From positions 1 through 64,000 of the forward strand of contig JAGMCR010000012.1 of the NCBI GenBank assembly GCA_023129115.1: DNA of 64,000 nt, written 5' to 3'. The stretch's first letter is position 1, and every line of letters begins with the position of its first letter. Positions 48,188 through 58,112 of this stretch are shown here, one piece after another. The position numbers were made by a program, and so were the translations under genes. This stretch comes from Candidatus Iainarchaeum sp. Its GTDB lineage: Archaea; B1Sed10-29; WALL01. The notes beneath the pieces were generated by a model. It was given only the letters and a program-made list of their open reading frames with translations. It was not told the origin of the DNA and ran no database searches.

Positions 48188-49159
48188 ATGGCAAAAGTAA
48201 CCGCCCCCCGCCGGGGAAGCCTGGCCTTCTCCCCCAGGAAGAAGGCAAAGAAGCAATATTTTAGCGCCAGGTCTTGGCAGGCCCACGAAGGCAAAATGCT
48301 CATGGGCTTCGCTGGCTACAAGGCCGGCATGACCCACATCCACGCCATAGACAAGCAAAAAAACAGCCCATCCTTCGAACAGAAAGTCATTCTCCCCGCA
48401 ACCATCATTGAGTGCCCGCCGCTCATGGTGTTTGGCGTGAGGGCATACAAGAAAACCACTGCGGGGCTGAGGTGCATCGGCCAGGAAACCGCTGCAAAGC
48501 CCGCCAAAAACCTCTCACGCAAGATAACAGCGCCCAAGAAACCCAGCGAAAAAACCATTGACGCCTCAACTGCTTCTCAAATCCGGCTGCTCGTCCACAC
48601 GCAGCCAACCTTCAAAAAAACCCCCGAAATCTTTGAAATACCAGTCAGCGGCACCTCTGACGAGGCCTACAAGTACGCCAAAGAAATGCTCGGGAAAGAA
48701 ATAGCTGTCGCAGACGTGTTCGAGGCGGGAATGCTCGTCGACGTAATCGGCGTCACCAAAGGCAAGGGCATGCAAGGCCCAGTCAAGCGGTGGGGCACTA
48801 GGATACAATACAGGAAGGCGCACGGCAAAAGAAGGCACGTCGGCTCAATCAACCCATGGACCCCGACCAGAATCATGTGGACCTCGCTCATGGCAGGCCA
48901 GAAGGGCTACCAGCGCAGGACAGAGTCCAACAAAATGGTGCTCGTCGTCGGGAGCGACGGCAAAGAAGTCACGCCGAAGGGCGGGATACCGCACTACGGC
49001 AACATGAAGTCCAATTACATCATAATCAAGGGCTCGGTGCCCGGGCCCAAGAAGAGGGCGCTCATGATACGCTTCGGCGTGAGGACGCCCACAAAGGAAA
49101 GGGCAATGCCAGAGGTACAGAGCGTGTCAACACTCTCGCAGCAGGGGAGGGCTAGGTAA
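48188..49159 (+). CDS. rpl3: 50S ribosomal protein L3
   Basis: PRRGSLAFSPRK, GYKAGMTH, TKGKGMQGPVKRWG. Confidence 0.97.
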   Translation: MAKVTAPRRGSLAFSPRKKAKKQYFSARSWQAHEGKMLMGFAGYKAGMTHIHAIDKQKNSPSFEQKVILPATIIECPPLMVFGVRAYKKTTAGLRCIGQETAAKPAKNLSRKITAPKKPSEKTIDASTASQIRLLVHTQPTFKKTPEIFEIPVSGTSDEAYKYAKEMLGKEIAVADVFEAGMLVDVIGVTKGKGMQGPVKRWGTRIQYRKAHGKRRHVGSINPWTPTRIMWTSLMAGQKGYQRRTESNKMVLVVGSDGKEVTPKGGIPHYGNMKSNYIIIKGSVPGPKKRALMIRFGVRTPTKERAMPEVQSVSTLSQQGRAR

Positions 49160-49950
49160 TGAAGGCACACATTTACTCTGTGGACGGCAAGAAAGGCAGG
49201 GAAATCGAGCTGCCCGCAGTATTTGGCGAAGAGTACAGGCCCGAAGTAATCAAGCGCGCGGTCCTGTCCAGGCAGAGCAGGGCGCTCCAGAAAAAAGGCT
49301 CCGACGTGCTCGCCGGGTTTAGGACGACCGCGGAATACATCGGGAGGCGCTCTGCGTTCAGGAGCGGCATAAACGTCGCGAGGGCAAGGCTGCCGCGCAC
49401 AAAGCCAGGCGGCGGGGGGCTTGGGAGAGTGGCACGCGTGCCGCACGCCGTGGGAGGCCGCAGGGCACATCCCCCAAAAGTGGAAAAAGTCATAGTCAAG
49501 CGCGTCAACAAGAAGGAGATGGCGCTCGCCATCAGGTCCGCGATTGCCGCGACGGCAAGCAAAGGGCTCATCGAGGCGCACGGGCACGCGACAGACGGCG
49601 TTGCCGAGCTGCCCCTAGTGCTCGGCGACGCGCTCGAGGGCCTCGGCAAGACCAAGGACGCGATAAGCGCCCTGGAAAAAGTCGGGCTCGGCAAGGACCT
49701 GGCTAGGGGAAAGAAAAAAAAGGTGCGCTCCGGCAAGGGCACGCGCCGCGGCAAGAAGTACAAGACCAGGAAGTCCGTGCTCGTCGTTGTCGCCAAGGGC
49801 GGAAGGGCATTGAAGAACGTGCCCGGCGTCGACGTGATGACCGTCAAGGCGATTAATGTCGAGCTGCTTGCGCCCGGGGCGCAGGCCGGCCGGCTCACCG
49901 TCTACACAGAGTCCGCAATAAAAGAGCTGGGGGAGAAGTATGGCAATTAA
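49159..49950 (+). CDS. rpl4: 50S ribosomal protein L4
   Basis: GGRRAHPPK, LLAPGAQAGRLT. Confidence 0.96.
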   Translation: MKAHIYSVDGKKGREIELPAVFGEEYRPEVIKRAVLSRQSRALQKKGSDVLAGFRTTAEYIGRRSAFRSGINVARARLPRTKPGGGGLGRVARVPHAVGGRRAHPPKVEKVIVKRVNKKEMALAIRSAIAATASKGLIEAHGHATDGVAELPLVLGDALEGLGKTKDAISALEKVGLGKDLARGKKKKVRSGKGTRRGKKYKTRKSVLVVVAKGGRALKNVPGVDVMTVKAINVELLAPGAQAGRLTVYTESAIKELGEKYGN

Positions 49951-50206
49951 GCGGGGTACGGCAGTCAAGCACGCATTGCTCACTGAAAAAGCTGTCGACT
50001 TGATTGAAAAGGAGAACAAGCTAGTGTTCAGGGTCGAGAACAGGGCGACCAAGGCAGAGATTAAAAAAGATGTTGAGAAGCTGTACAAGGTCAAGGTAGT
50101 CAAGGTCAACACGTCCATCGACATGAGGGGCAACAAGAAGGCGTTCGTCAAGCTCGGCAAGGAAAGCAGCGCGTCAGACATCGCCACAAAGCTCAACATA
50201 CTGTGA
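49940..50206 (+). CDS. rpl23: 50S ribosomal protein L23
   Basis: TEKA..LIEKENKLVF, KVNT, KKAFVKL. Confidence 0.95.
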   Translation: MAIKRGTAVKHALLTEKAVDLIEKENKLVFRVENRATKAEIKKDVEKLYKVKVVKVNTSIDMRGNKKAFVKLGKESSASDIATKLNIL

Positions 50207-50213
50207 TGCCGTT

Positions 50214-50915
50214 ATGGGAAAGCCAATAACACCACAGAAGAGGGGCAAGGGAAGCCCGCGCTACACAGCGCCAAGCCACCGCTACAAGACCGAGGCCCAC
50301 TACAGCCAGGGGGAGAAGACGGGCAAGGTCATCGGGTTCGAGGACGACCCGTCCAAGACTGGCATAGTGATGAAAGTCCAGTGGGAGGACGGCAGGAAAG
50401 AAATGTACCTCGCGCCAGAGGGCATTCGCGTGAATGACGAGATTGCGCAGGGCGGGGGCGAGCTCACGCTCGGCAGCGTGCTGTCGCTCGCGGACATCCC
50501 GGAGGGAGTCCCAATATTCAACATCGAGAACAAGCCCGGGGACGGCGGCAAGGCCGCGCGGGCGAGCGGCTCGAGCGCATACATAGTCGCGAAGCAGGGC
50601 GTCAAGGCAAGGGTGCGCATGCCAAGCAAGCACATCAAGACGTTCAACGTCAACTGCCGCGCCACGGTTGGGGTTTCGGCCGGCGGGGGCCGGACGGAGA
50701 AGCCCATTGTCAAGGCGGGGACGCAGTTCCACAAGCGGAGGGCGAGGGGGCAGCTGTTCCCCGTGGTCCGCGGCGTGGCAATGAACCCAATTGAGCACCC
50801 CCATGGAGGGTCACAGCACCACTCCGGCAAGGCCACGACTGTCAAGAGGAGCACGCCGCCCGGGAGGAAGGTCGGGCACATCGCGGCCCGCAGGACTGGG
50901 AGAAGGAAGAGGTGA
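50214..50915 (+). CDS. rpl2: 50S ribosomal protein L2
   Basis: RGVAMNPIEHPHGG, GRKVGHIAARRTG. Confidence 0.97.
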   Translation: MGKPITPQKRGKGSPRYTAPSHRYKTEAHYSQGEKTGKVIGFEDDPSKTGIVMKVQWEDGRKEMYLAPEGIRVNDEIAQGGGELTLGSVLSLADIPEGVPIFNIENKPGDGGKAARASGSSAYIVAKQGVKARVRMPSKHIKTFNVNCRATVGVSAGGGRTEKPIVKAGTQFHKRRARGQLFPVVRGVAMNPIEHPHGGSQHHSGKATTVKRSTPPGRKVGHIAARRTGRRKR

Positions 50916-50919
50916 ATGG

Positions 50920-51303
50920 ATGGCCAAGCAGTTCATGTTCAAGGGAAAGACCATTGAAGAGCTCAAGGAAATGAAGCTCGACGACTTTTTCCAGCTCCTG
51001 CCCACGAGGATGAAGAGGAGCTACAAGCGCGGGTGGAGCAAGGACCAGGAAACGTTCCTCAAGCAGGTCCGCCGCGAGGGCAAGGATGTGGTCCGCACCC
51101 ACTGCAGGGACATGATAATCATTCCGGAAATGGTCGGGCGGAAGATTGCCGTCTACAACGGCAAGGAGTTCAACTACCTCGACATCCAGCCCGAGATGCT
51201 GGGGCACTACCTGGGCGAGTACGCGCTCACCCGGAAGGTAGTGAAGCACTCCGCCGCAGGAATCGGCGCCACGAGGTCGACCAAGTTCATATCGGTGAAG
51301 TGA
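50920..51303 (+). CDS. rps19: 30S ribosomal protein S19
   Basis: RTHCRDMIIIPEMVG, MLGHYLGEY. Confidence 0.96.
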   Translation: MAKQFMFKGKTIEELKEMKLDDFFQLLPTRMKRSYKRGWSKDQETFLKQVRREGKDVVRTHCRDMIIIPEMVGRKIAVYNGKEFNYLDIQPEMLGHYLGEYALTRKVVKHSAAGIGATRSTKFISVK

Positions 51304-51304
51304 G

Positions 51305-51727
51305 ATGGCATACTCTTCAAAGGTTGCAGGGGCTAAGGCGTACGGGCGCAGGATAGACATGTCGCCGAAGCACGCCATGGAAATATGCAGCTACATCCGG
51401 GGCATGAACGCCGAAAAGGCGGACAAGTTCCTCAGCAATGTACAGGCCAAGGAAGAGTACGTTCCGCTCAAGAGGTTCAACCGCAAGGTCCCGCACCGCA
51501 CCGGCGGCCAGCCGGGGAGGTACCCCGTGAAGGCGGCGAAGATAATCCAGAAGCTGCTCCGCAACGCCATGAGCAACGCCGAGCAGAAGGGCATGGACCG
51601 CGAGAAGCTCAAGATTGTGCACGCGGCGTCGCACCGCGGGCCAAGCTACGGCCGCAGGAAGCCCAAGGGGCGGTGGAAGCACCACAGCATCGACACCACG
51701 CACGTCGAAATCATAGTCAACGCATGA
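51305..51727 (+). CDS. rpl22: 50S ribosomal protein L22
   Basis: SPKHAMEIC, GRYPVKAA, NAEQKG. Confidence 0.95.
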   Translation: MAYSSKVAGAKAYGRRIDMSPKHAMEICSYIRGMNAEKADKFLSNVQAKEEYVPLKRFNRKVPHRTGGQPGRYPVKAAKIIQKLLRNAMSNAEQKGMDREKLKIVHAASHRGPSYGRRKPKGRWKHHSIDTTHVEIIVNA

Positions 51728-51737
51728 GAGTGATTCA

Positions 51738-52430
51738 GTGATAGAGAGGAAGTTCGTCAAGGAAGGCCTGAACAGGAGCAAGCTCAACGCGTACCTCAGG
51801 CAGCGCCTCAAGCGTGCGGGGTACGTCGGCGTCCAGATACAGAAGACGCCGCTGATGACGCGGCTTGCCATCAGGGTCGAGAGGCCCGGGCTTGTGATTG
51901 GCAGGAAGGGAGCCACGATTAAGGAGCTCACCGAGACCATCCAGGCAAAGTTCAGGATAGACAACGTCCAAATCAAGGTGGACGAGATTCCTGTCCCCGA
52001 GCTGGACTCGGCGATTATGGCGAGGAGGATTGCGTCCTCGCTCGAGAAGGGCATGAACTTCCGCAGGATACTCCACTGGACGCTCGAGAAAATCATGAAG
52101 TCCGGCGCCATCGGTGCCGAGATAGTCGTGTCCGGAAAGCTCATCGGAAAGGGCGGGAAGGCAAGGACAGAGCGCGTGAGCGCCGGCTACCTCAAGAAGG
52201 CGGGCGACCCGGCCAAGATGGTGAACGTGGCGCAGACGCAGGCAATCAAGAAGGCGGGGATTATTGGCGTGACCGTCAGCATAGTCCCGCCGAGCGTGCA
52301 GTTCGCCGACAAGGTGGACGTCAGTACAGCAGTGATAGGAGGAGAAAAGGGTGGCAATACTGAAGCCGAAGGAAGCCAGGAACCTGAGCAAGGACGACCG
52401 GCAGAGCAAGCTCCAGCAGCTGCGGACTGA
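51738..52430 (+). CDS. rps3: 30S ribosomal protein S3
   Basis: RPGLVIGRKGATI, GAEIVVSGKL. Confidence 0.96.
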   Translation: MIERKFVKEGLNRSKLNAYLRQRLKRAGYVGVQIQKTPLMTRLAIRVERPGLVIGRKGATIKELTETIQAKFRIDNVQIKVDEIPVPELDSAIMARRIASSLEKGMNFRRILHWTLEKIMKSGAIGAEIVVSGKLIGKGGKARTERVSAGYLKKAGDPAKMVNVAQTQAIKKAGIIGVTVSIVPPSVQFADKVDVSTAVIGGEKGGNTEAEGSQEPEQGRPAEQAPAAAD

Positions 52431-52878
52431 GCTCTCCAAGGAGCAGGCCGCCGTGGCGAGCGGGACGCGCCCGGAGAACCCGGGGCGAATCCGCGAAGTG
52501 CGCAGGACTATCGCTAGGATACTCACAATAGAGAGGGAGCTGGAGACAGCGCCCAAGGAAAAGGCAAAAGCGGAAAAGCCGAAGGAAGAGAAGAAAGAAA
52601 AGCCGGCGCCCAAGAAGAAAAAGAAAGCCGTTAAGGCCAAGAGGAAGGAAAAGGCCTCGGCGAAGAAGACCAGGGTGAAGGCGAAGAAGAAGGCCAAGGC
52701 AGAGAAGAAAATGAAGAAAAAGACAATCAAGCCCGCCAAGAAAAAGAAGGCTGCCAAGCGGGTGAAGAAGGCGAAGAAATCCGCGAAGCCAAAGAAAAAA
52801 TCTGCGGTGAAGGCCCGGAAACGGCCTTCGACAAAGTCGAAGGCAAAAGCCAAGGCATCACCGAAGAGAGGAGGCTGA
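52351..52878 (+). CDS. rpl29: 50S ribosomal protein L29 with long Lys/Ala-rich C-terminal extension
   Basis: MAILK..E.R, ENPGRIREVRRTIARILT, then about 105 aa K/A-rich tail. Confidence 0.9.
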   Translation: MAILKPKEARNLSKDDRQSKLQQLRTELSKEQAAVASGTRPENPGRIREVRRTIARILTIERELETAPKEKAKAEKPKEEKKEKPAPKKKKKAVKAKRKEKASAKKTRVKAKKKAKAEKKMKKKTIKPAKKKKAAKRVKKAKKSAKPKKKSAVKARKRPSTKSKAKAKASPKRGG

Positions 52879-52887
52879 TGGGCACAA

Positions 52888-53193
52888 ATGACTGAAATCT
52901 GCTCTGTGTGCGGCCTCCCGGAGGACCTCTGCGTTTGCGAAGAGATTGCCAAGGAGTCCCAAAAAATCCGCATCAAGACCGAGATAAAGAAGTACCGCAA
53001 GAAGATGACGGTCATCGAGGGCCTGGACCCAGGCATTGACCTCGACGACCTGTGCAAGAAGCTCAAGCGGCAACTGGCGTGCGGCGGGACGGCGAAGGGC
53101 AAACGGATTGAGCTCCAGGGAGACCACTCGGAGAAGGTAAAGAAACTGCTCGTCTCACTCAACTATCCAGAGGACCAGATTGAAATTGTCTAA
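52888..53193 (+). CDS. Translation initiation factor SUI1 (aIF1)
   Basis: CSVCGLPEDLCVC, LACGGT, IELQGDH. Confidence 0.95.
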   Translation: MTEICSVCGLPEDLCVCEEIAKESQKIRIKTEIKKYRKKMTVIEGLDPGIDLDDLCKKLKRQLACGGTAKGKRIELQGDHSEKVKKLLVSLNYPEDQIEIV

Positions 53194-53470
53194 GGCAGTG
53201 CTTCGTGCGCTCGCCAGCAATGAATTGATTGGCCTGGATGCGAGGGTGGTGAAGAGCTCAGACCCCTCTCTTGAGGGGCTGAGCGGAAAACTTGTCGACG
53301 AGACGATGAACACGCTCGAGCTGGAGACAGAGGGGCGCGTCCGGAAGCTCGACAAGAAGTCGGTCACCCTCATAATCCGGTTCCCGGACGGGGAATACGA
53401 AGTCCCCGGCAGGGAAATCCTGCAGCGGCCCGAAGAGCGGCTGAAAAAGCTGTGGACAAAGGTGAAGTAG
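53180..53470 (+). CDS. Ribonuclease P protein subunit Rpp29/POP4
   Basis: ELIGL..RVV, G.LVDETMNT, RPEERLK; conserved position. Confidence 0.88.
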   Translation: MKLSKAVLRALASNELIGLDARVVKSSDPSLEGLSGKLVDETMNTLELETEGRVRKLDKKSVTLIIRFPDGEYEVPGREILQRPEERLKKLWTKVK

Positions 53471-53472
53471 GC

Positions 53473-53766
53473 ATGGAATGCAATGACAAGAACTGCCCCA
53501 TCCACGCGGGGCTCAAGGTGAGGGGGAACCTCTTCGAGGCCACGGTAGTCTCTGACAAGATGACGAACTCCGTCGTCGTCGAGAGGCACTACCTCAGGAA
53601 AGTGCCGAAGTACGAGAGGCTCGAGCGGAGCCGCTCGCGCCTGACCGTCCACAAGCCCGCGTGCATGGAAGTAAAGGTCGGCGACCGGGTGTTGGTCGGC
53701 GAGACGCGGAAGCTCAGCAAGAGCAAGAGCTTCGTGGTGACCAAAGTGTTGGGGGGAGAGAAGTGA
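53473..53766 (+). CDS. rps17: 30S ribosomal protein S17
   Basis: CNDKNCPIH, KYER, ETRKLSKSKSF. Confidence 0.95.
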   Translation: MECNDKNCPIHAGLKVRGNLFEATVVSDKMTNSVVVERHYLRKVPKYERLERSRSRLTVHKPACMEVKVGDRVLVGETRKLSKSKSFVVTKVLGGEK

Positions 53767-54161
53767 AGGGGATTGCCGCCAAGATAACGAAGGGCCTCCA
53801 GATTGGCTCGCAGCTCAGGTGCGACGACAACACCGGCGCCAAGGAGCTCGAGATAATCGGGGTCAAGAAGTATCACGGCAGGCGCAGGAAGCTCCCCAAG
53901 GCGGGGGTTGGAGACATAATCGTTTGCTCGGTCAAGAAAGGCAAGCCCGAAATCAGGAAGAAAATCGTCAAGGCAGTGATTGTGCGGCAGAAGCAGCCGT
54001 TCAGGCGCAGGAACGGGACTTGGATAAAGTTCGACGACAATGCAGCCGTGCTGATTGACGACACCGGATTGCCGAAGGGCAGTGAAATCAAGGGCGTTGT
54101 TGCCAAGGAAGTTGCGGAAAGGTTCGCGAAAATCGCTACAATCGCCAAGAACGTGGTGTAA
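53763..54161 (+). CDS. rpl14: 50S ribosomal protein L14
   Basis: DDNTGAK, FDDNAAV; GTG start. Confidence 0.96.
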   Translation: MKGIAAKITKGLQIGSQLRCDDNTGAKELEIIGVKKYHGRRRKLPKAGVGDIIVCSVKKGKPEIRKKIVKAVIVRQKQPFRRRNGTWIKFDDNAAVLIDDTGLPKGSEIKGVVAKEVAERFAKIATIAKNVV

Positions 54162-54518
54162 ATGAGGAAGACTGTACAGCCAAGGAAGCAGAGGATTCGC
54201 ATGTACAACGCGCCCCTCCACACGAGGGGGAAGAGGATAGCGTCGCCGCTGAGCAATGAGCTCAGGGAGAAGTACGGCAAGAGGAGTGTCCCGCTTAGGG
54301 TTGGGGACACTGTGGTCGTGCTGCGGGGCAACTTCAAGGGCCACAAGGACAAGGTCACTGCAATTGACAGGAAGGCGTACCGGGTGTACGTCAAGGGCGT
54401 CGTCAACAAGAAGGCCAATGGCGAGGACGCTCCGAGGCCGGTCAATGCCTCAAACCTGCGGGTTGTCGAGCTGGTGCTTGACGACAAGCGCAGGGAGAAA
54501 ATGATTGCGAGGAAGTAA
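54162..54518 (+). CDS. rpl24: 50S ribosomal protein L24
   Basis: QPRKQR..YNAPLH, GDTVVVLRG. Confidence 0.95.
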   Translation: MRKTVQPRKQRIRMYNAPLHTRGKRIASPLSNELREKYGKRSVPLRVGDTVVVLRGNFKGHKDKVTAIDRKAYRVYVKGVVNKKANGEDAPRPVNASNLRVVELVLDDKRREKMIARK

Positions 54519-54520
54519 CC

Positions 54521-55237
54521 ATGGCACGCAAAGGAGAAAGCAAAATCACGAAGCGGCTGGCTGCGCCGAAGGTCGCGAAAATCAAGAGGAAGGGCCAGAG
54601 GTTCGTGGTCCGGCCCTCGCGCGGGCCGCATTCGGTCAAGTCCTCGATTCCGCTCACAGTCGCGGCAAGGGAATTGCTCGGCATTGTGGACAATGTCCGC
54701 GAGATGAAGGCAGTGCTCAACGAGGGCAAGGTCATGGTCGACGGCAAAGTGGTGAGGGACCACCGCCTGCCGGTTGGGTTCATGGACGTGATTTCGTTCC
54801 CGACGGTGAACAAGTACTACCGCGTGCTTTACGACGCGCACGGGAGGCTAGAGCCGAGGGAGATTGACGCGAAGCAGTCAGTGTTCAAGCTGTGCCGCAT
54901 CCGGGACAAGACCGTGGTGAAGGGCGGGAAGACGCAGCTGAACCTCCACGACGGCAAGAACATTCTTTACGAGAAGAAGTGCGCGGCCGGCGACGTCGTC
55001 AAGGTAGAGCTGCCGACGCTGCGCGTAATGGACTACTACCCCCTCACCGAGGGCAGCGTCGCGTACGTCACTGGCGGCAAGCACGCCGGCGATGTCGCGA
55101 CCATCAAGAGCATTGCTGCGGGGACGCAGACGAGGAAGCCACTGGCGGTGCTCGAGAAGGGCGAGAAGACGTTCGAGACGAGGAAGGACTACGTGTTCGT
55201 CCTCGGCGTCAAGGAGCCCGCAATCAAAATTGACTAG
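54521..55237 (+). CDS. rps4e: 30S ribosomal protein S4e
   Basis: KRLAAP, GPH, PVGFMDVI, LNLHDG. Confidence 0.96.
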   Translation: MARKGESKITKRLAAPKVAKIKRKGQRFVVRPSRGPHSVKSSIPLTVAARELLGIVDNVREMKAVLNEGKVMVDGKVVRDHRLPVGFMDVISFPTVNKYYRVLYDAHGRLEPREIDAKQSVFKLCRIRDKTVVKGGKTQLNLHDGKNILYEKKCAAGDVVKVELPTLRVMDYYPLTEGSVAYVTGGKHAGDVATIKSIAAGTQTRKPLAVLEKGEKTFETRKDYVFVLGVKEPAIKID

Positions 55238-55245
55238 GGATTCGC

Positions 55246-55749
55246 ATGATAAAGCTTGGGAAAGTTACTGTCAACATCGGCGTCGGCACGGCCGGCGAGC
55301 CGCTCGAGAAGGCGGAAAAGCTTCTCGAAAAGCTTAGCGGCCAGAAGCCGGTGCGCACGACGTCCAGGAAGAGGATTCCGACGTGGGGCATCAGGAAGAA
55401 GCAGGCCATCGGCGTGAAGGTAACGCTCCGCGGGAAGAAGGCGCTGGACTTCGTGAACCAGGCGATTGAGGCCAAGGAGAGGACGCTCAGGCCCAAGCAG
55501 TTCGACGAGAACGGGAACTTCGCGTTCGGCGTGTCGGAGTACATCGACATCCCTGGCGTAAAGTACGACCCCGAGATAGGGATTTACGGGTTCGACGTGT
55601 GCGTCACCCTGGAGAAGTCCGGCTACAGGATAAGCCGGAGGAAGCGCCAGAAGACGAGGGTGGCCCGCTCGCACAAGCTGACCAAGGAAGAGGCGATTGG
55701 GTGGGTGCAGAAGAACCTGGACATAAAGGTGACTGAGAATGCCGAGTAA
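55246..55749 (+). CDS. rpl5: 50S ribosomal protein L5
   Basis: [27 protein letters not shown]. Confidence 0.96.
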   Translation: MIKLGKVTVNIGVGTAGEPLEKAEKLLEKLSGQKPVRTTSRKRIPTWGIRKKQAIGVKVTLRGKKALDFVNQAIEAKERTLRPKQFDENGNFAFGVSEYIDIPGVKYDPEIGIYGFDVCVTLEKSGYRISRRKRQKTRVARSHKLTKEEAIGWVQKNLDIKVTENAE

Positions 55750-55924
55750 GAAGCAGAAGCAGGTGGCCAGGGGCTCCACTGGCAAGAAGAAGCCGAAGAA
55801 GAAGGGCGACAGGAAGTGCCGGATGTGCGGGACAGCCCGCGGGCTTATCCGCAAGTACGACCTGTACATCTGCAGGCGCTGCTTCAGGGAATGCGCGAAG
55901 GAGATGGGGTTCTCGAAGTACTAA
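55739..55924 (+). CDS. rps14: 30S ribosomal protein S14 (zinc type)
   Basis: CRMCG...[19 protein letters not shown]. Confidence 0.94.
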   Translation: MPSKKQKQVARGSTGKKKPKKKGDRKCRMCGTARGLIRKYDLYICRRCFRECAKEMGFSKY

Positions 55925-55934
55925 GGTGATGTTT

Positions 55935-56327
55935 ATGGTTATGAACGACCCGCTTGCAAACGCCATGTCCGTCGTGAGGAACGCGTCGAACGTGGGCAAG
56001 GACGCGTGCGTGCTCAAGCCAGCGTCCAAGCTGCTGGGCAGCGTGCTCAAGGCCCTGCAGAAGGACGGCTACATCGGCGAGTTCGAGTTCGTCGACGATG
56101 GCAAGGCAGGCTATTACAACGTAACGCTCAACCGCAACATCAACAAGTGCGGCGTAATCACGCCGCGGCACGCGGTCAAGAAGGACGAGTACACCAAGTT
56201 CGAGAAGAGGTTTTTGCCGGGGCAGAACATTGGCATGCTCATAGTGTCGACCCCTTACGGTGTGATGAGCCAGAAGGAGGCCATCAAGCGCAACACCGGT
56301 GGGCAGTTGATAGCGTACGTCTATTGA
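55935..56327 (+). CDS. rps8: 30S ribosomal protein S8
   Basis: NDPLAN, INKCGVITPR, STPYGVM, GGQLIAYVY. Confidence 0.96.
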   Translation: MVMNDPLANAMSVVRNASNVGKDACVLKPASKLLGSVLKALQKDGYIGEFEFVDDGKAGYYNVTLNRNINKCGVITPRHAVKKDEYTKFEKRFLPGQNIGMLIVSTPYGVMSQKEAIKRNTGGQLIAYVY

Positions 56328-56331
56328 GGGA

Positions 56332-56889
56332 ATGGAAATGGTGCTGGCAGCTGAAATCAATGAAGAAGTCGCCGTGCCCGAGGGGGTAACGGTCACGGTC
56401 AGCGGGAGCAGCGTGGCCGTGAAGGGCCCGAGGGGCGAGCTGTCCAGGGACTTCGGCGAGAACAACATAGTGATTTCGCGGGAGGACAGCAATGTCGTGC
56501 TGTCGTGCAAGTTCCCCAAGAGGGGCGACAAGGCGCTCATGGGAAGCCTCACGGCGCACATCAGGAACATGGTCACTGGCGTCACGGCCGGGTTCAAGTA
56601 CGCGCTGAGGGTGTACTACTCGCACTTCCCCATGAACGTCGAGGTCCAGGGCGACAAAGTCCTAATCAAGAACTTCCTTGGCGAGAAGCACCCCCGCGAG
56701 TCCAGGATAGTGGGCCAGTCGAAGGTGACCGCCAAGGGGCAGGACGTAACCGTTGAAGGAACAGACAAGGAAGACGTGGGCCAGACCGCGGCGAACCTCG
56801 TGCTCGCGACCAAGATCAAGAAGCGCGACCCGAGGGTGTTCCGGGACGGCATATTCATAGTCGAAAAGGGGTGTATGGCCAGTGAATAA
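56332..56889 (+). CDS. rpl6: 50S ribosomal protein L6
   Basis: VKGPRG, HFPM, NFLGEK, DPRVF.DGIF. Confidence 0.95.
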   Translation: MEMVLAAEINEEVAVPEGVTVTVSGSSVAVKGPRGELSRDFGENNIVISREDSNVVLSCKFPKRGDKALMGSLTAHIRNMVTGVTAGFKYALRVYYSHFPMNVEVQGDKVLIKNFLGEKHPRESRIVGQSKVTAKGQDVTVEGTDKEDVGQTAANLVLATKIKKRDPRVFRDGIFIVEKGCMASE

Positions 56890-57214
56890 GAAGAAGCCGA
56901 AGTTCAAGAGGCAGCACTCCGACGCAAAGAAGCGCGTCCAGGGGAAGGGCTGGAGGCACCCGCGCGGGATTGACAGCGAGCAGAGGGAGCACCTCAAGAG
57001 CCGCGGGAAGCACCCGCGCATCGGGTACGGCTCCCCAAAGAGCTCAAGGGGCCTGCACCCAACCGGCGTGAAGGAAGTCATGGTCAAGACGCTCGGCGAC
57101 CTCGCGAAGGTCGGCGAGGGAATGGCCGCGCGGCTTTATTCGAAGCTCGGGAAGAGGAAGCGGGCAGAGATAGTTGCGAAGGCCAAGGAAAAAAAGGTTA
57201 GGGTGTTGAACTGA
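56882..57214 (+). CDS. rpl32e: 50S ribosomal protein L32e
   Basis: KPKFKRQ, WRHPRGIDS, GYGSP..RGLHP. Confidence 0.94.
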   Translation: MNKKKPKFKRQHSDAKKRVQGKGWRHPRGIDSEQREHLKSRGKHPRIGYGSPKSSRGLHPTGVKEVMVKTLGDLAKVGEGMAARLYSKLGKRKRAEIVAKAKEKKVRVLN

Positions 57215-57624
57215 TGGAGCTCAACAAGCTGCGTGCACTCGCCGCAAAGACCCTGAAGGTCGGGCAGTCAAGGATAAGGATAGCCAACGCAGAGAAGGCA
57301 TCCGAGGCCATTACGCGCGACGACGTCAGGACGCTGCACAAGGAGGGCGCCATCAAGGTATTGCCCCCAAAGGGCACAAGCCGCGGAAGGGCCCGGGTGC
57401 TTGCCGCCAAGAAGAAGGCGGGCAGGAAGACCGGGGCGGGCAAGCGCAAGGGCACGAAGAAGACGCGCGAGAAAAAGAAGGCTAAGTGGATGACGCAGGT
57501 CCGCGCGCAGCGCAGGGCGCTGAGGAAAAAGAAGCCGCTGAACTACCGCACCATTTACAAGATGATTAAGGGTGGATACTTCAAGAGCGTGAAGCACTTG
57601 GAGTCGTTCATCGCGAAGGAGTGA
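57214..57624 (+). CDS. rpl19e: 50S ribosomal protein L19e
   Basis: AITRDDVR, GKRKG, KGGYFKS. Confidence 0.94.
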   Translation: MELNKLRALAAKTLKVGQSRIRIANAEKASEAITRDDVRTLHKEGAIKVLPPKGTSRGRARVLAAKKKAGRKTGAGKRKGTKKTREKKKAKWMTQVRAQRRALRKKKPLNYRTIYKMIKGGYFKSVKHLESFIAKE

Positions 57625-57629
57625 GCTAG

Positions 57630-58106
57630 ATGGTCCAGAAGACGACTTACTCGATGAAATTCCGCCGGAGGCGGGAGGGAAAGACCGACTACCGCAAGCG
57701 GCTCGGGCTCCTCAAGTCGAGGAAGCCGAGGCTCGTGGTCAGGATTACTGCCAGGAATGTGCTCGCGCAGGTCGTAAAGTACAACGCCAAGGGCGACGAG
57801 GTGCTGGCCACGGCGAGCTCTGCCGAGGTCAGGGGCCTGGGTTTCAAGGGCCACGCCGGCAATGCCGAGGCGGCGTACCTCACGGGCATGCTCTGCGCAA
57901 AGAAGGCAATCAAGGCAGGGGTGAAGGAGGCCATGCTGGACATTGGCCTGCACACGCCGGTCAACGGCTCCAACGTGTTCGCGGCGCTGAGGGGCGCGCT
58001 CGACGGGGGAATGGATATTCCGCACGACGGGAAGTGCTTCCCGGCCGAGGAGCGCATCAAGACCGGGAAGGGCGAGGCGGCCCGGGAAAAGATATTGAAG
58101 GGGTAA
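57630..58106 (+). CDS. rpl18: 50S ribosomal protein L18
   Basis: RRRREGKTDY..RL, AAYLTG, LDIGL. Confidence 0.95.
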   Translation: MVQKTTYSMKFRRRREGKTDYRKRLGLLKSRKPRLVVRITARNVLAQVVKYNAKGDEVLATASSAEVRGLGFKGHAGNAEAAYLTGMLCAKKAIKAGVKEAMLDIGLHTPVNGSNVFAALRGALDGGMDIPHDGKCFPAEERIKTGKGEAAREKILKG

Positions 58107-58112
58107 TGTTTC

